64,000 bases of DNA from Terriglobia bacterium. Lineage in GTDB: Bacteria; Acidobacteriota; Terriglobia; 20CM-2-55-15. Shown in pieces: positions 23,029 through 32,165 of this stretch. The stretch lies in assembly GCA_963664115.2 (NCBI GenBank), contig CAXWPJ010000010.1, positions 448,001 to 512,000 of the forward strand, written 5' to 3'. The translations under genes and the position numbers were made by a program. Position 1 is the first letter of the stretch. Every line of letters begins with the position of its first letter. A model generated the notes under the pieces. That model was given only the letters and a program-made list of their open reading frames with translations, was not told where the DNA came from and ran no database searches.

Positions 23029-24875
23029 CCCAAAACAAGCGCATAACCAGTCCGCCGAGGCCCAGTTCGCGCCGATAGAATTCGAGGCATAGAATCCCGT
23101 TCCCGGATGGCCTGTTCCAGGTATCGAGTTTCTGTTGAATCTGTTTCAGTTCAGCCTCGCTGGTGTTGGACGGTTGACAGAAACCGGGACCTCGATCGCC
23201 CGGGCTCAGAGTCATGATCGGGTCAACATCGCAGAGGCTGACGCAACACATCCACCCCGCGGAACAAGACCGGCAACCACCGGTTCCAGGCCAGGATCCG
23301 GAACAGAATGCGCCGCCCGGTGCGCACGAGTTGGCACGGCACAAGCATGAAAGCGTTCAAGAAGGTTTTGAACTCCATGCGCAGCACGGTTTGCTTCTCA
23401 GCCTGATATTTTTGGCCCCAACGTCCGGTTTCGGGAAGCAGCAATGCAAACCACGCTTTCAGTGTCCAGGCCAGTGACGCGATCACCATGTAGGCCCAGT
23501 TGCTGGTCTGATCTCCGACCGGCATCCGCAACGCCTGAACGCCGTTCTTCAACTGCTCAATGAGATTCTCCTGATTGCACCGTTGATTGGCACGCATCAC
23601 AATCTGGTCGGCCGGATCCGAACGGTTGGTAATGTAGAAGAAGTACCGGATGTCGTCAAACAACACCTGCTCTCCTTTGGCCACCGACAGATTCTTCCGC
23701 ACCACGACGACACGGTAGTCCCGATCGCAGACTCCGGGTCGATACCGAAACTCGGCCACATCCTCACCCTGCAAGCGGATATTGTCGAAACCGCGCTGCC
23801 GAACGATCTCTTCCTTCACGTTGTCGGGACGTTGGCGCGGTTCGGTCGCCACGTCGTATTTCGCGGGCCGTTCCAGGCGCTTCCACTGGCGCGGCTCCAG
23901 TTCATCGGCCCGGGCCTTCAGGTTCGCCATCGCGTCAATCCCGAATATGAAACCCACCTGCTGGTCGTCCCATCCGTCCAGATGCCGGGTCTGGCTGAAG
24001 TCCGTGTCCCCGCGCAGCAGGATCTGGCGAAACCCCGCATGCCGGCACAATGCGATGGCTTGGTCGAACCGGACCGCGGCTCCTTCATGCGACGGCCGGT
24101 TGCCGCTACGATTGACCAGATACAGCGGTTCGGCGGTGTTGGCCAGCGAGATCATCAGCGGGTGATATCCCCACGTCCCGTCGTAGGCCACGTCCATCCC
24201 TTGCTTGCATTCCCCCGTGGTTTCGGCCAGTGTCCCGTCCGCGTCCAACACCGCTTCTTCGAAAAACGCCGCCGGTTGCTGTCGCCAGACTCCGAGCCGG
24301 ACTTGATTGGTTGCCTCCATCAGACACTCCACGTCGTCGGCCTCGAATCTCCGGCAGAAGTCTCCCGCCGTCGTCGGATCCGGAATCCGTTGCGCTCCCA
24401 GCGCATCCAGATACACCGCATCGTTGCGCCGCAGTTCGATGTCTTCCAGGCACGTTCCTCCGCTCAAGGCGTTGTAGGCGATGTTCAGCACGTGATCCGG
24501 CTCGTGATACGGCAGGTGCCGCTTCAACACATGCACGCCCTTGTCGATGGCTTCGATCAGCCCGGTCCGCCGCGCCACCAGTTGCATCGTCCCGATACCA
24601 CCAACCGATGTGCCCCGCGTCCGCTCTCCCATCTCGTACTGAATGTTGCTCGCCGAAAACATCGGCTCTACCTGATCCGTCCAATGCCGGTCCCCAAGCC
24701 GACGTTCGATTCGCCGCTTGCGGTTCCTCATGTTCTTGCGCGTATAATCGTTCATCTGAAATGCCTCCTTTTCCGAAGAATCTGTTCAAGGTTTTTTTCG
24801 CACGGAGAGGGGGCATTTCGGGTACTTCCGCTCTTATTGCACTATCATTTCCTCGTCAATCACCCTTGTTCAGGG
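23029..24875 (-). mobile_element. IS1380 copy 3 (1847 bp; transposase 23223-24755)
   Basis: Same TIRs with one substitution (CACCCTTG); flanks ACTAGA and ACTAGT. Confidence 0.9.
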
Positions 24876-25039
24876 ACTAGTTGCGGACCAACAGCGAGTT
24901 GAGCAAAACCATCCGCCAATTCATCCGTGTAGCGATTGGCTTGTTCCAACCCCCACTCTTCGAGCGTATAGAGCCAGATGGCTTCAACGTCACGCCTGGC
25001 TTCCGGCGTTAATCGATATTCAGCGGACTTTTTTGGCAT
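24876..25039 (-). pseudogene. parE: ParE/RelE toxin, truncated by IS1380
   Basis: MPKKSAEYRLTPEARRDVEAIWLYTLEEWGLEQANRY... read directly; overlaps the parD stop. Confidence 0.8.
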
Positions 25040-25277
25040 GTTTGGCGGCCATTTGTTCTTTGAACAGGTCGCCGTCGAACGCCTGTGGTTGCCCGCTTTC
25101 TTCGCCCTTGATCAACTCCCCCCGGATCGCATGAATCTCGAACTGGTTGGCTTGGTCACGGCGGATCAAATCGCGGATATATTCGCTGTCATTGGTGAAG
25201 TCGCCGCCATCGATCTGCGCCTTGATCCATTTATCTTGTTGTTCAGTCACGGTGATGGTCTTGCGCGTAGTCCCCAT
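25020..25277 (-). CDS. parD: ParD-family RHH antitoxin
   Basis: TITVTEQQDKWIKAQIDGGDFTNDSEYIRDLIRRD motif. Confidence 0.85.
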   Translation of the reverse strand: MGTTRKTITVTEQQDKWIKAQIDGGDFTNDSEYIRDLIRRDQANQFEIHAIRGELIKGEESGQPQAFDGDLFKEQMAAKHAKKVR

Positions 25278-26189
25278 TTTGGCCTCCAACGAGCGTATGA
25301 AAAAATCGTACCATTGATGCAGTATGGATAAAAGGCAGTGCTTCGTCTTCTATCTGAGGTGCATGGGAGAAGGAAGCCCAATGCAGAAAAAACGGGCAGA
25401 GATGGCTCCTAACGGGGAAGCCCTCGCGATCTGGAGCGGTCCTGGCCGACAATCCGCGACCCGTCGCCCCAGGAGCGGCACTACTTCACCTAGGCTGATC
25501 AGGTGCACTAACTGGTTAGTGTCAGCGAAGCGGACGCGAATGACAGCTCCGATGGATAATCCAGAGCACCAGGAGTACCGGGACCCCGGCGCGCCGGAAA
25601 AGAACCAGACAAGATAACGTGAGTGGCAGACGTTCTGAGGCGAGCCAGGTCTGGCGCGAGGTTCGCCGCCACCATCGCTCATGGCTGATCGGCGACAATC
25701 GAAATTGCCAGTCGACATCTATGCCCCGCGGGATGTCGGGGATTCATGGAAGTCCATGAATCCACTCAAATTGGTCAGGCAGTGGAGATACTTCTTTTTT
25801 TACTCCACGTAAGGGAGCGATCCGGCATTATATGATTTTCTGGAGATTGAGGCGGGAATTGGCCATGAACGATAAAGGACATTATCATTCAAATGATATG
25901 GACACTGATCCATCCAAGGATCCGGCGGTCACCAAGAGCACCATCGAGTTCTTCACGGTCAAATATCCGGAACCCGCACACAACCCGTTGCCGTCGACTA
26001 GCATAAGCCCTGCGTCTTGGAAGGGCGGAGCCGCTCGCGGAAGTTTTAGTCGGTCGTCGTTGAGTTGCGTGATAACTGATGGATGGTTCCCGGTTGTGCT
26101 CGATGACACCTGCTACTTCATGCCCTCATGGACCCTTGGGAATCGGATGGACTCGCGGGAATTGGTGTTGCCACCGTCGCGTCCCTCTG

Positions 26190-26516
26190 CTATCGATTTA
26201 GTCTTTCTTCCTCAAGTGGAGCGACCTCGGGCCTACCGTTCTTGGCAAAGAGATCGTTCAGCGCCTCGGCGAGCAAATTCTGAATAGTCGTGTCATACTC
26301 GGCCGCGAGAAGCCGCAACTGCCTTTTCACCTCAGGAGGAAAGTAGCCCGTGACGTTGCTTTTCCCTTCCCTGCCCGGCCTAAAATGAAGTCGCCGAGAT
26401 TCCGTCGTCGCGGCAAGTTCGGCGGGCGGCTCTACCGCCCTCGCGTTGTGCGTCGCGGCCGCTGCTCGCGCACCGCTAAGCATGGCTTGTCGTAAGTCGG
26501 CGGGCCGCTTTGCCAT
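26190..26516 (-). CDS. Ribbon-helix-helix partition/centromere-binding protein (type Ib partner)
   Basis: VTGYFPPEVKRQLRLLAAE...TIQNLLAEALNDLF; directly downstream of parA. Confidence 0.75.
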   Translation of the reverse strand: MAKRPADLRQAMLSGARAAAATHNARAVEPPAELAATTESRRLHFRPGREGKSNVTGYFPPEVKRQLRLLAAEYDTTIQNLLAEALNDLFAKNGRPEVAPLEEERLNR

Positions 26517-27162
26517 CGGTTCGTTCTCCTTCCTTAGTTAAAGAGTTTATGAGTTTACTCATAAACTTATAAACACGTTTGGTCTCATCAGCAGCCTTTC
26601 CCCGCGGCTCGTATTCTTGGGCGTTAAGACCAAGCGCCCCGGCGTGGTCGAACGCAGCGCGGTAGCCACAGGCCGTCGGACACACCAAAAGACCCATGGA
26701 TTTAAGAATCTCTGTCGCCTGCTCTCGCTTTGGACCACGCGCGGGCACGCCGTTGAGCACGACGACGACGGGCTTATCACCGGCGAACCGGACGAGTTCA
26801 ACCGTCGTGGCGACCGTCTCGAGGTCATAGATTGCGGGGCGGCAGGGAATGAGAATAAGTTTGGCCGCTTTCGCGGCCGCCATGGCGGCTTGCTCCGCCC
26901 GCGGCGGCGTATCGATCAAAAGCAGATCGGCACTCTGTTCTCTAGCCGCATCGAGAACGTGCCCAAGCCGTGCCGGTTGAGCCGAGACGACCACGGGCGA
27001 AGCGGCCTCACGGCGATCGCCCCAGTTGCTCGCACTCGCCTGCGGGTCAAGGTCGACGATGGCGGCCGTGCCCCCTGCGCGCTCGGCGGCGACGGCCAAG
27101 GATACAGCCAGTGTGGTTTTCCCGGTTCCGCCCTTCTGGGCGATGATGGCGACACTGTCCAT
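26476..27162 (-). CDS. parA: Plasmid partition ATPase ParA (short type Ib)
   Basis: QKGGTGKTT, DLDPQAS, IDTPP. Confidence 0.92.
   Translation of the reverse strand: MDSVAIIAQKGGTGKTTLAVSLAVAAERAGGTAAIVDLDPQASASNWGDRREAASPVVVSAQPARLGHVLDAAREQSADLLLIDTPPRAEQAAMAAAKAAKLILIPCRPAIYDLETVATTVELVRFAGDKPVVVVLNGVPARGPKREQATEILKSMGLLVCPTACGYRAAFDHAGALGLNAQEYEPRGKAADETKRVYKFMSKLINSLTKEGERTDGKAARRLTTSHA
26543..26574. promoter_or_regulatory. Putative centromere/operator site (four 8-bp units) at the parA 3' end
   Basis: GAGTTTAT GAGTTTAC TCATAAAC TTATAAAC. Confidence 0.6.
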
Positions 27163-27188
27163 GCGAGGTCACACCTTTACTAGTATTA

Positions 27189-27220
27189 GAGTTTACGAGT
27201 TTACTCATGAACTTATCAAC
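27189..27220. promoter_or_regulatory. Putative centromere/operator site upstream of parA
   Basis: GAGTTTAC GAGTTTAC TCATGAAC TTATCAAC, same architecture as 26543-26574. Confidence 0.62.
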
Positions 27221-27374
27221 TCTTGAAGTAGTGGTCTCTCGAAGTATGCTGCCGTGTCAGAGGCCGGATCAATGGGGAAGGGCAGTGCTTATCTCCAAGG
27301 ATAGCGGCGGTAATGGCCTCCGATGCCTTTATTTGTACGGGTTCGGAAGCAATAGAGGCGCTGTGGAGGTCAAC

Positions 27375-27545
27375 ACCCAGGGGGTGACAAACAGAACTAG
27401 CCATTTTCAGCTCTCTTTCAACGGTCTTCTCAAGATCGACTTCCAAGGATCGCGGATCACCTCGGACGGTAGTTTGGTTCTCGTCCGGGAGTTGGACGAG
27501 CGCCTGGGGCTGGGGTGAACTCATTGGGGAGCACCTGATGGATCA
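27375..27545 (+). pseudogene. N-terminal remnant of a different IS1380-family transposase
   Basis: FQLSFNGLLKIDFQGSRITSDGSLVLVRELDERLGLG. Confidence 0.65.
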
Positions 27546-28036
27546 CCGACGACTGAACAGTCGGCTCCAACGCTTTTCTCAGGTTTCGGCATAGCGAATG
27601 ACCCAACGCACAATCGTGGTGTGCGAAATCGATAAACCCCGCTCACTTTAAATCGCGACCCGATCTCGGTAACTTAGTTTGAAGCGAAAATACCAGCGCA
27701 GGCAGAGCAGAATGATGTCGTCTTCGAACCAACGTCCAGCAAATAGAGGATTCCGTTCAGTTTTGCGATGCGCCATATCCCATTATCGCCAATTCTCTTC
27801 GCTATCTGCACCAGAACCCTTCGAATCTCCCGTTGATCTTGCTTCGTCGATACAGCCTCCTTCTGGTGGAAAACTCCGAATAAGGCTGTCCGAGGTGCAG
27901 GTCACCACTGAACAGTCCCTGAACGCGTTGACGTTGAGGGTGGACCGGATCCTGGGAGCAGACGGCGCGCTGTAGGGGGCGGTCTGTGGACCGCCCAATC
28001 CCCCCGGAGGCAGGCGCTCATCGAGCGCACCCATGC

Positions 28037-28547
28037 TTACTCCAGCACGCCCGACAGATCGTAGGCCGCCACCTGGTTCTCGTTCATGTGCGGCAGGATC
28101 GCCATGCGGTTGGCGGCAACGTAGGCGTGGTCGGCGGTTCCTGGCATGAACTGGGACCAGATCGCTATAGGTCCCGTCGGGGGCCACGCGGATGACCTTC
28201 CCTGCCAGATAGTCCGTGATGATCCATCCCCAGCTGCCGTCGCTCTCGACGCCGTCGATGTTCCCAAACGGTTCGGGTGTGATCAGCGTCTTTTCCGCAG
28301 TTTCCAGATCCAGTGCATAAAGCCGCCCTGGCACTTCTGTCGAGAAGGCTGCCGCCGGCTCGCCCCAGGCGCCCACGATCAGGCGGCCGCCGTCGACGAG
28401 CAGACCATTTGGAAACTCCAGGTCGTCGCCTTCCGCGAAGACCGAGACTTCACCGTCCTCGATTCGGTAGATCCGGTTGGCCATGAAGTCGGAAACATAG
28501 ATCGAACCGCCCTCGCCCGCGGCGACGTCGTTCAGGAACAATGCCAT
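28037..28547 (-). pseudogene. SMP-30/gluconolactonase-like beta-propeller fragment, frameshifted
   Basis: LNDVA, YVSD, PNGL, IDGVE, TADH motifs over two frames. Confidence 0.7.
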
Positions 28548-28553
28548 CAGGGT

Positions 28554-29027
28554 CTATTCTGGCGGGGCAGGCAGGGGGGCGTGTTCCGCAATGATGGCTC
28601 TCGCCTGTTTCGTTAGAAGTTCTTTCTCCTTGGGCGTAAAGCGCCTCTCTCCGCTGACCCACTTGCTCATCCGATGGGTTTTGAGTTCGGTGATAAACAT
28701 CTTCTCACCACGCAGTGTGATTGAGATGCCGCCAGCAATCGCAATCGCCTCCTGGCACTCTTTGATGGCGATCATTGGCGGGGTGCGAAAGCGGTTTCTG
28801 AACGCTTCGTCTTCCGCAATGATGGCCCGCGCCTGCGTCGTTAGAAGTTCTTTCTCCTTGGGCGTAAAGCGCCTATCTCCGCTAACCCATTGTTTATCTA
28901 TGACTCTAAGATCGGTGATGAGCATCTGTTCGCCACCCAGTGTCACGGTCATGCCCAGAGTTGTCATGTCCCTGCCACGAGCAATCTGAATTGCCCATCG
29001 GCAATCACTGATGGATCTCTTCGCCAT
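28554..29027 (-). CDS. Hypothetical protein made of two tandem repeats of about 75 aa
   Basis: WVSG(D/E)RRFTPKEKELLT(T/K)QARAIIAE twice; RBS AAGGAG upstream. Confidence 0.7.
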   Translation of the reverse strand: MAKRSISDCRWAIQIARGRDMTTLGMTVTLGGEQMLITDLRVIDKQWVSGDRRFTPKEKELLTTQARAIIAEDEAFRNRFRTPPMIAIKECQEAIAIAGGISITLRGEKMFITELKTHRMSKWVSGERRFTPKEKELLTKQARAIIAEHAPLPAPPE

Positions 29028-29947
29028 GCGCTCCTTCCACCTGTAGTTCTTCCCGGCCTCGGCGTCCAGACCGGACTGGCCACCCGCGCCGGTCGCTGAA
29101 ACCCCCGGTTTCCCCCTTATAAGAGCTTCCTCCCGCTTCAGAATCGTCTCTGAGCGGGAATCATCACTTCACTGGGTGCGTCCCCGAGACGCTCAGGCGC
29201 TGTCGCTGACCCTTTCGGTGGGAATGATCCCGCCGCAATAGGTGCAGGTTTGGGCTTGCTCGATCCGCTCCGTGTAAGCCCACTCAGTCGCGAAGTCACT
29301 TCGTGGAGGGTGTCTCAGCACCGGACTGTCGTTCTCGATAACATCCCCGGCTACGCATTCCCGGTGCCGGAGTTCACTCTTGCCTTCAATCGTCCGAACT
29401 ACCACCCCGTCAAGCTGCATAGGCTCCCATTTATCCGTGCCGTATCAGATTACCCCCTCCACAAACTCCTCAGAGGCGGTGACAGGAGAGTTTTCCGTAG
29501 GTGTTCCAGCCACCCGGATCCGCCCCAACGCTACACCCATCATCTTCATCGAGTGCGCGGGCGGGGCCCGCTGCAAAGTCGATTCCCGGTCCTGTATTGT
29601 CCTGAAAGGGGACAACCGGCGCAGCCGGATAGAAACGATGATCGGCCGTTGGGATACCAATGGAAACGAACGGATTTCGTGCGCCGATCCGCACGTGCGT
29701 CGGGACATTTCCCGGGATCGAGCGAAAGACCCCACCTCAGATTGCGCTGTACCGCCCTTTCGCAACCCACCCCATGGCAGAGCCTGCTGAAAGATCCTGC
29801 GCGGTGATCGTTTCTGAAGGCTCGTACCGTCCTCTCGCCGTCACGGGCGTTCACTAAAAAAGGCGACGAGCGTGAACCCGCCACCGGAAGGTGCGGCGCT
29901 TAGCAGGCTTCGTTTTCGCCAGCCGCCGGGGCCGCCTCGGCGTTGCG

Positions 29948-30163
29948 CTAGGCGATGAGCGTGTGCGCCTGATCGGCGAGCTTGGTGAGGGTGAGCAGGT
30001 TCTTGAAGCCGAAGCTGTGCGTCGTCTTCCACTGGTCGCCGTCACGGTAGATCCGCGAAAAGGTGACGCTGTGCCGGGTGATGCCGCCGACCTCGTTTTC
30101 CCAAACAGTCGCCTTGACGGCTCCGATCCTGAGTTCTGCGACGGGCTTATTGTTGGTAGCCAT
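29948..30163 (-). CDS. Small putative ssDNA-binding (PC4-like) plasmid protein
   Basis: Strong RBS AGGAGG; IGAVKATVWEN...SRIYRDGDQWKTTHSF pattern. Confidence 0.6.
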   Translation of the reverse strand: MATNNKPVAELRIGAVKATVWENEVGGITRHSVTFSRIYRDGDQWKTTHSFGFKNLLTLTKLADQAHTLIA

Positions 30164-31059
30164 TGATTGAATCCTCCTGGTTTAAGGGTTTGGAGCGTGT
30201 GTCGCTCACCCGGAACAAGCGCCACCGGCCAAACCCGGCCAGGGGAATCCGTCGCCGGTGCGTGGTGGCGGGGAATCACCGGCCAAAGAGCAGGGGCCGT
30301 GACAGACGCCCACCCGGGCGAGCTACGCGGTCTGGTCTCGGCCCCTGTGCCGGTCCCCGCCGGAGCAAGCCTAGGCTACGGGGAACTGCGAGACAACATT
30401 CCGCACGGTGGATCGCGCGCCCTTCAGGGCGAACGACGGGAAACCGGGGCGATCTCACCAGCCGCTTCCAGGCACAATGAAGTGCCCTAATCGGCGATCC
30501 TGGGACCGTTGGTGCGGACGTACTCTTGGCGATGGCCGGGATGGCTGCGCGGCAGGGAACAGCGCCGCCAGGAGTTGCTGGGTTCCTGCGCCGATTCCTG
30601 GCTCGGTATTATCATCCCTAACCCATCCACGCACGACGGTTGCAATCGGCCTGCGGAGCGGACATCACTCGCGGGCAGATTTGATTCTGCCTCTATGTTC
30701 CTGGAACATTATTCGATCCGGGGGCAGGGAATCATAGCGAGATGGACCTTAAGACGATCGCGCTGGACCCGAGGCCGGCGGTGGCCGAACACAAGGAATT
30801 CAACCTGGGTACCAACGACGGGCTGCGTGAAGAATCGGCCACCACAGACACTGGAAAAGAATATTGGACGGGTACCGTTGCGACGGTGGATTTTTTGGCT
30901 GCTGGGCGGGCCTGAGTGAGGCATTTTGACAATTCGGATCTTGTCCAAATCTAAATGGGCGATGATGGAGATAGGATGATAAACGGAGGAAAAGATCCAG
31001 CCAATCAAGGCTGGGAGATCGAGACTCTGGCGGCCGGATCCGGAAGACATTCCAGGAGA

Positions 31060-31344
31060 AGAAATGCCGAATACGATAAAGAACTTGCCCAACTTTCGGC
31101 AGAGTAAAAGAAGCTGCTTGAGCAGCAGAAAAAGGAGCGGTATGCACTCAAGAAAAGACTCACTGTGGTCAAGAAACAGCTCCGGGAGGAACAGCGCAAA
31201 CGGAATGAACGCCGAGCGGAACTGCTGGGTCGCTGCATGATGCAGAAATTCAGTTCCGACCGTGAATCAAAAGAAGCCATGCTGCATAATCTCGATACCT
31301 TCTTGTCGAATCCGGAGGACAGGGACCTATTCGGTCTGGTCTAA
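31060..31344 (+). pseudogene. Mobilisation accessory protein (MobS/TraD-like) with internal stop
   Basis: ...QRKRNERRAELLG...LDTFLSNPEDRDLFGLV* read in a frame with TAA near 31105. Confidence 0.55.
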
Positions 31345-31521
31345 AAACAAACTCCCACTATACGGAAGGCTCGTAAAGCTTCGCCGAATCTTTTCCGATT
31401 CCCGGATCGCCGGTTGTGCGTCGGGAGGGGAGGGGGTGGTAGCCAGTACCATGGACACGATGTGGCACCGAGCGGCAAACCGGTCTGAAGCTCGTGCTGG
31501 CCTTTCGCTGGCATGAGCGCT

Positions 31522-31682
31522 CAAAAAAAAGGCGACTGGGTTTAACCCGCGGCCGAAAGGTGTGGGGCTTAGGCGGCTTCGCCCTCCTCGGCCGCAGCGG
31601 CTTGGGCCGGCTCTGTGTTGCACTCGGCAATGAGCGTGTGCACCTGATCGGCGAGGTTGGCGAGGGTGAGCAGGTTGCTGAC
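31522..31682 (-). repeat. Diverged partial copy of the ssDNA-binding gene 3' end and downstream sequence (about 29856-30005)
   Basis: Shared AAAAAAGGCGAC...AACCCGC...GAAGG and ATGAGCGTGTGC...CTGATCGGCGAG...GAGGGTGAGCAGGTT. Confidence 0.75.
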
Positions 31683-31777
31683 TAGGCGTTCCACCGTCGC
31701 GCTGGAGCACGGCGGGTTGGGCCTGCGTGCGAGCTAATAGGATTCCTGTAGGTTCAGATCTTAATTGTCACACCGGT

Positions 31778-32072
31778 TTGTCCACAGACTCGTCGTTTCT
31801 ACTATTTGTAGTTTTATTATTTGTCTTATTACTTGTAAGAGTGTACCTGTAACAGCGGAAAATCGAGAGGGGAGTGTACCCGTAACAGCGGAAAATCGAG
31901 AGGGGAGTGTACCCGTAACAGCGGAAAATCGAGAGGGGAGTGTACCCGTAACAGCGGAAAATCGAGAGGGGAGTGTACCTGTAACAGCGGAAAATCGAGA
32001 CAGCGGAAAATCGAGAGGGGAGTGTACCCGTAACAGCGGAAAATCGAGAAGGGGAGTGTACCCGTAACAGCG
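31778..32072. repeat. Plasmid oriV: DnaA-box-like 9-mer, AT-rich tract and about 6.5 tandem 33-bp iterons
   Basis: TTGTCCACA at 31778; AT-rich 31800-31838; unit GAGTGTACCCGTAACAGCGGAAAATCGAGAGGG at 31839, 31872, 31905, 31938, 31971, 32020 and partial at 32054. Confidence 0.8.
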
Positions 32073-32165
32073 TGGAAAACCCTCTCGATTCACTGGCGCT
32101 TGTGGAAATTATCGGCACAGGAAGTCCCAGGCGCGTCAACGAGCCGCTGGTAATGGCACTCTAGT

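Noticed and set aside
8630-24881. ACTAGT match between the copy 1 left flank and the copy 3 right flank as a composite transposon TSD
   Set aside because: Joining them would fuse a chromosomal stop codon to the middle of parE; with a fixed CTAG core a chance match is likely
29380-29800. EF-hand/excalibur-like remnant (WDTNGNERISC)
   Set aside because: Single short degenerate motif without a supportable gene model
31839-32072. 33-bp repeats as a CRISPR array
   Set aside because: Units are head-to-tail with no unique spacers and no cas genes; the context fits iterons
31761-32139. Repetitive ORFs (VPVTAENREGS and antisense) as proteins
   Set aside because: They arise because the repeat length is a multiple of 3; no RBS or family evidence
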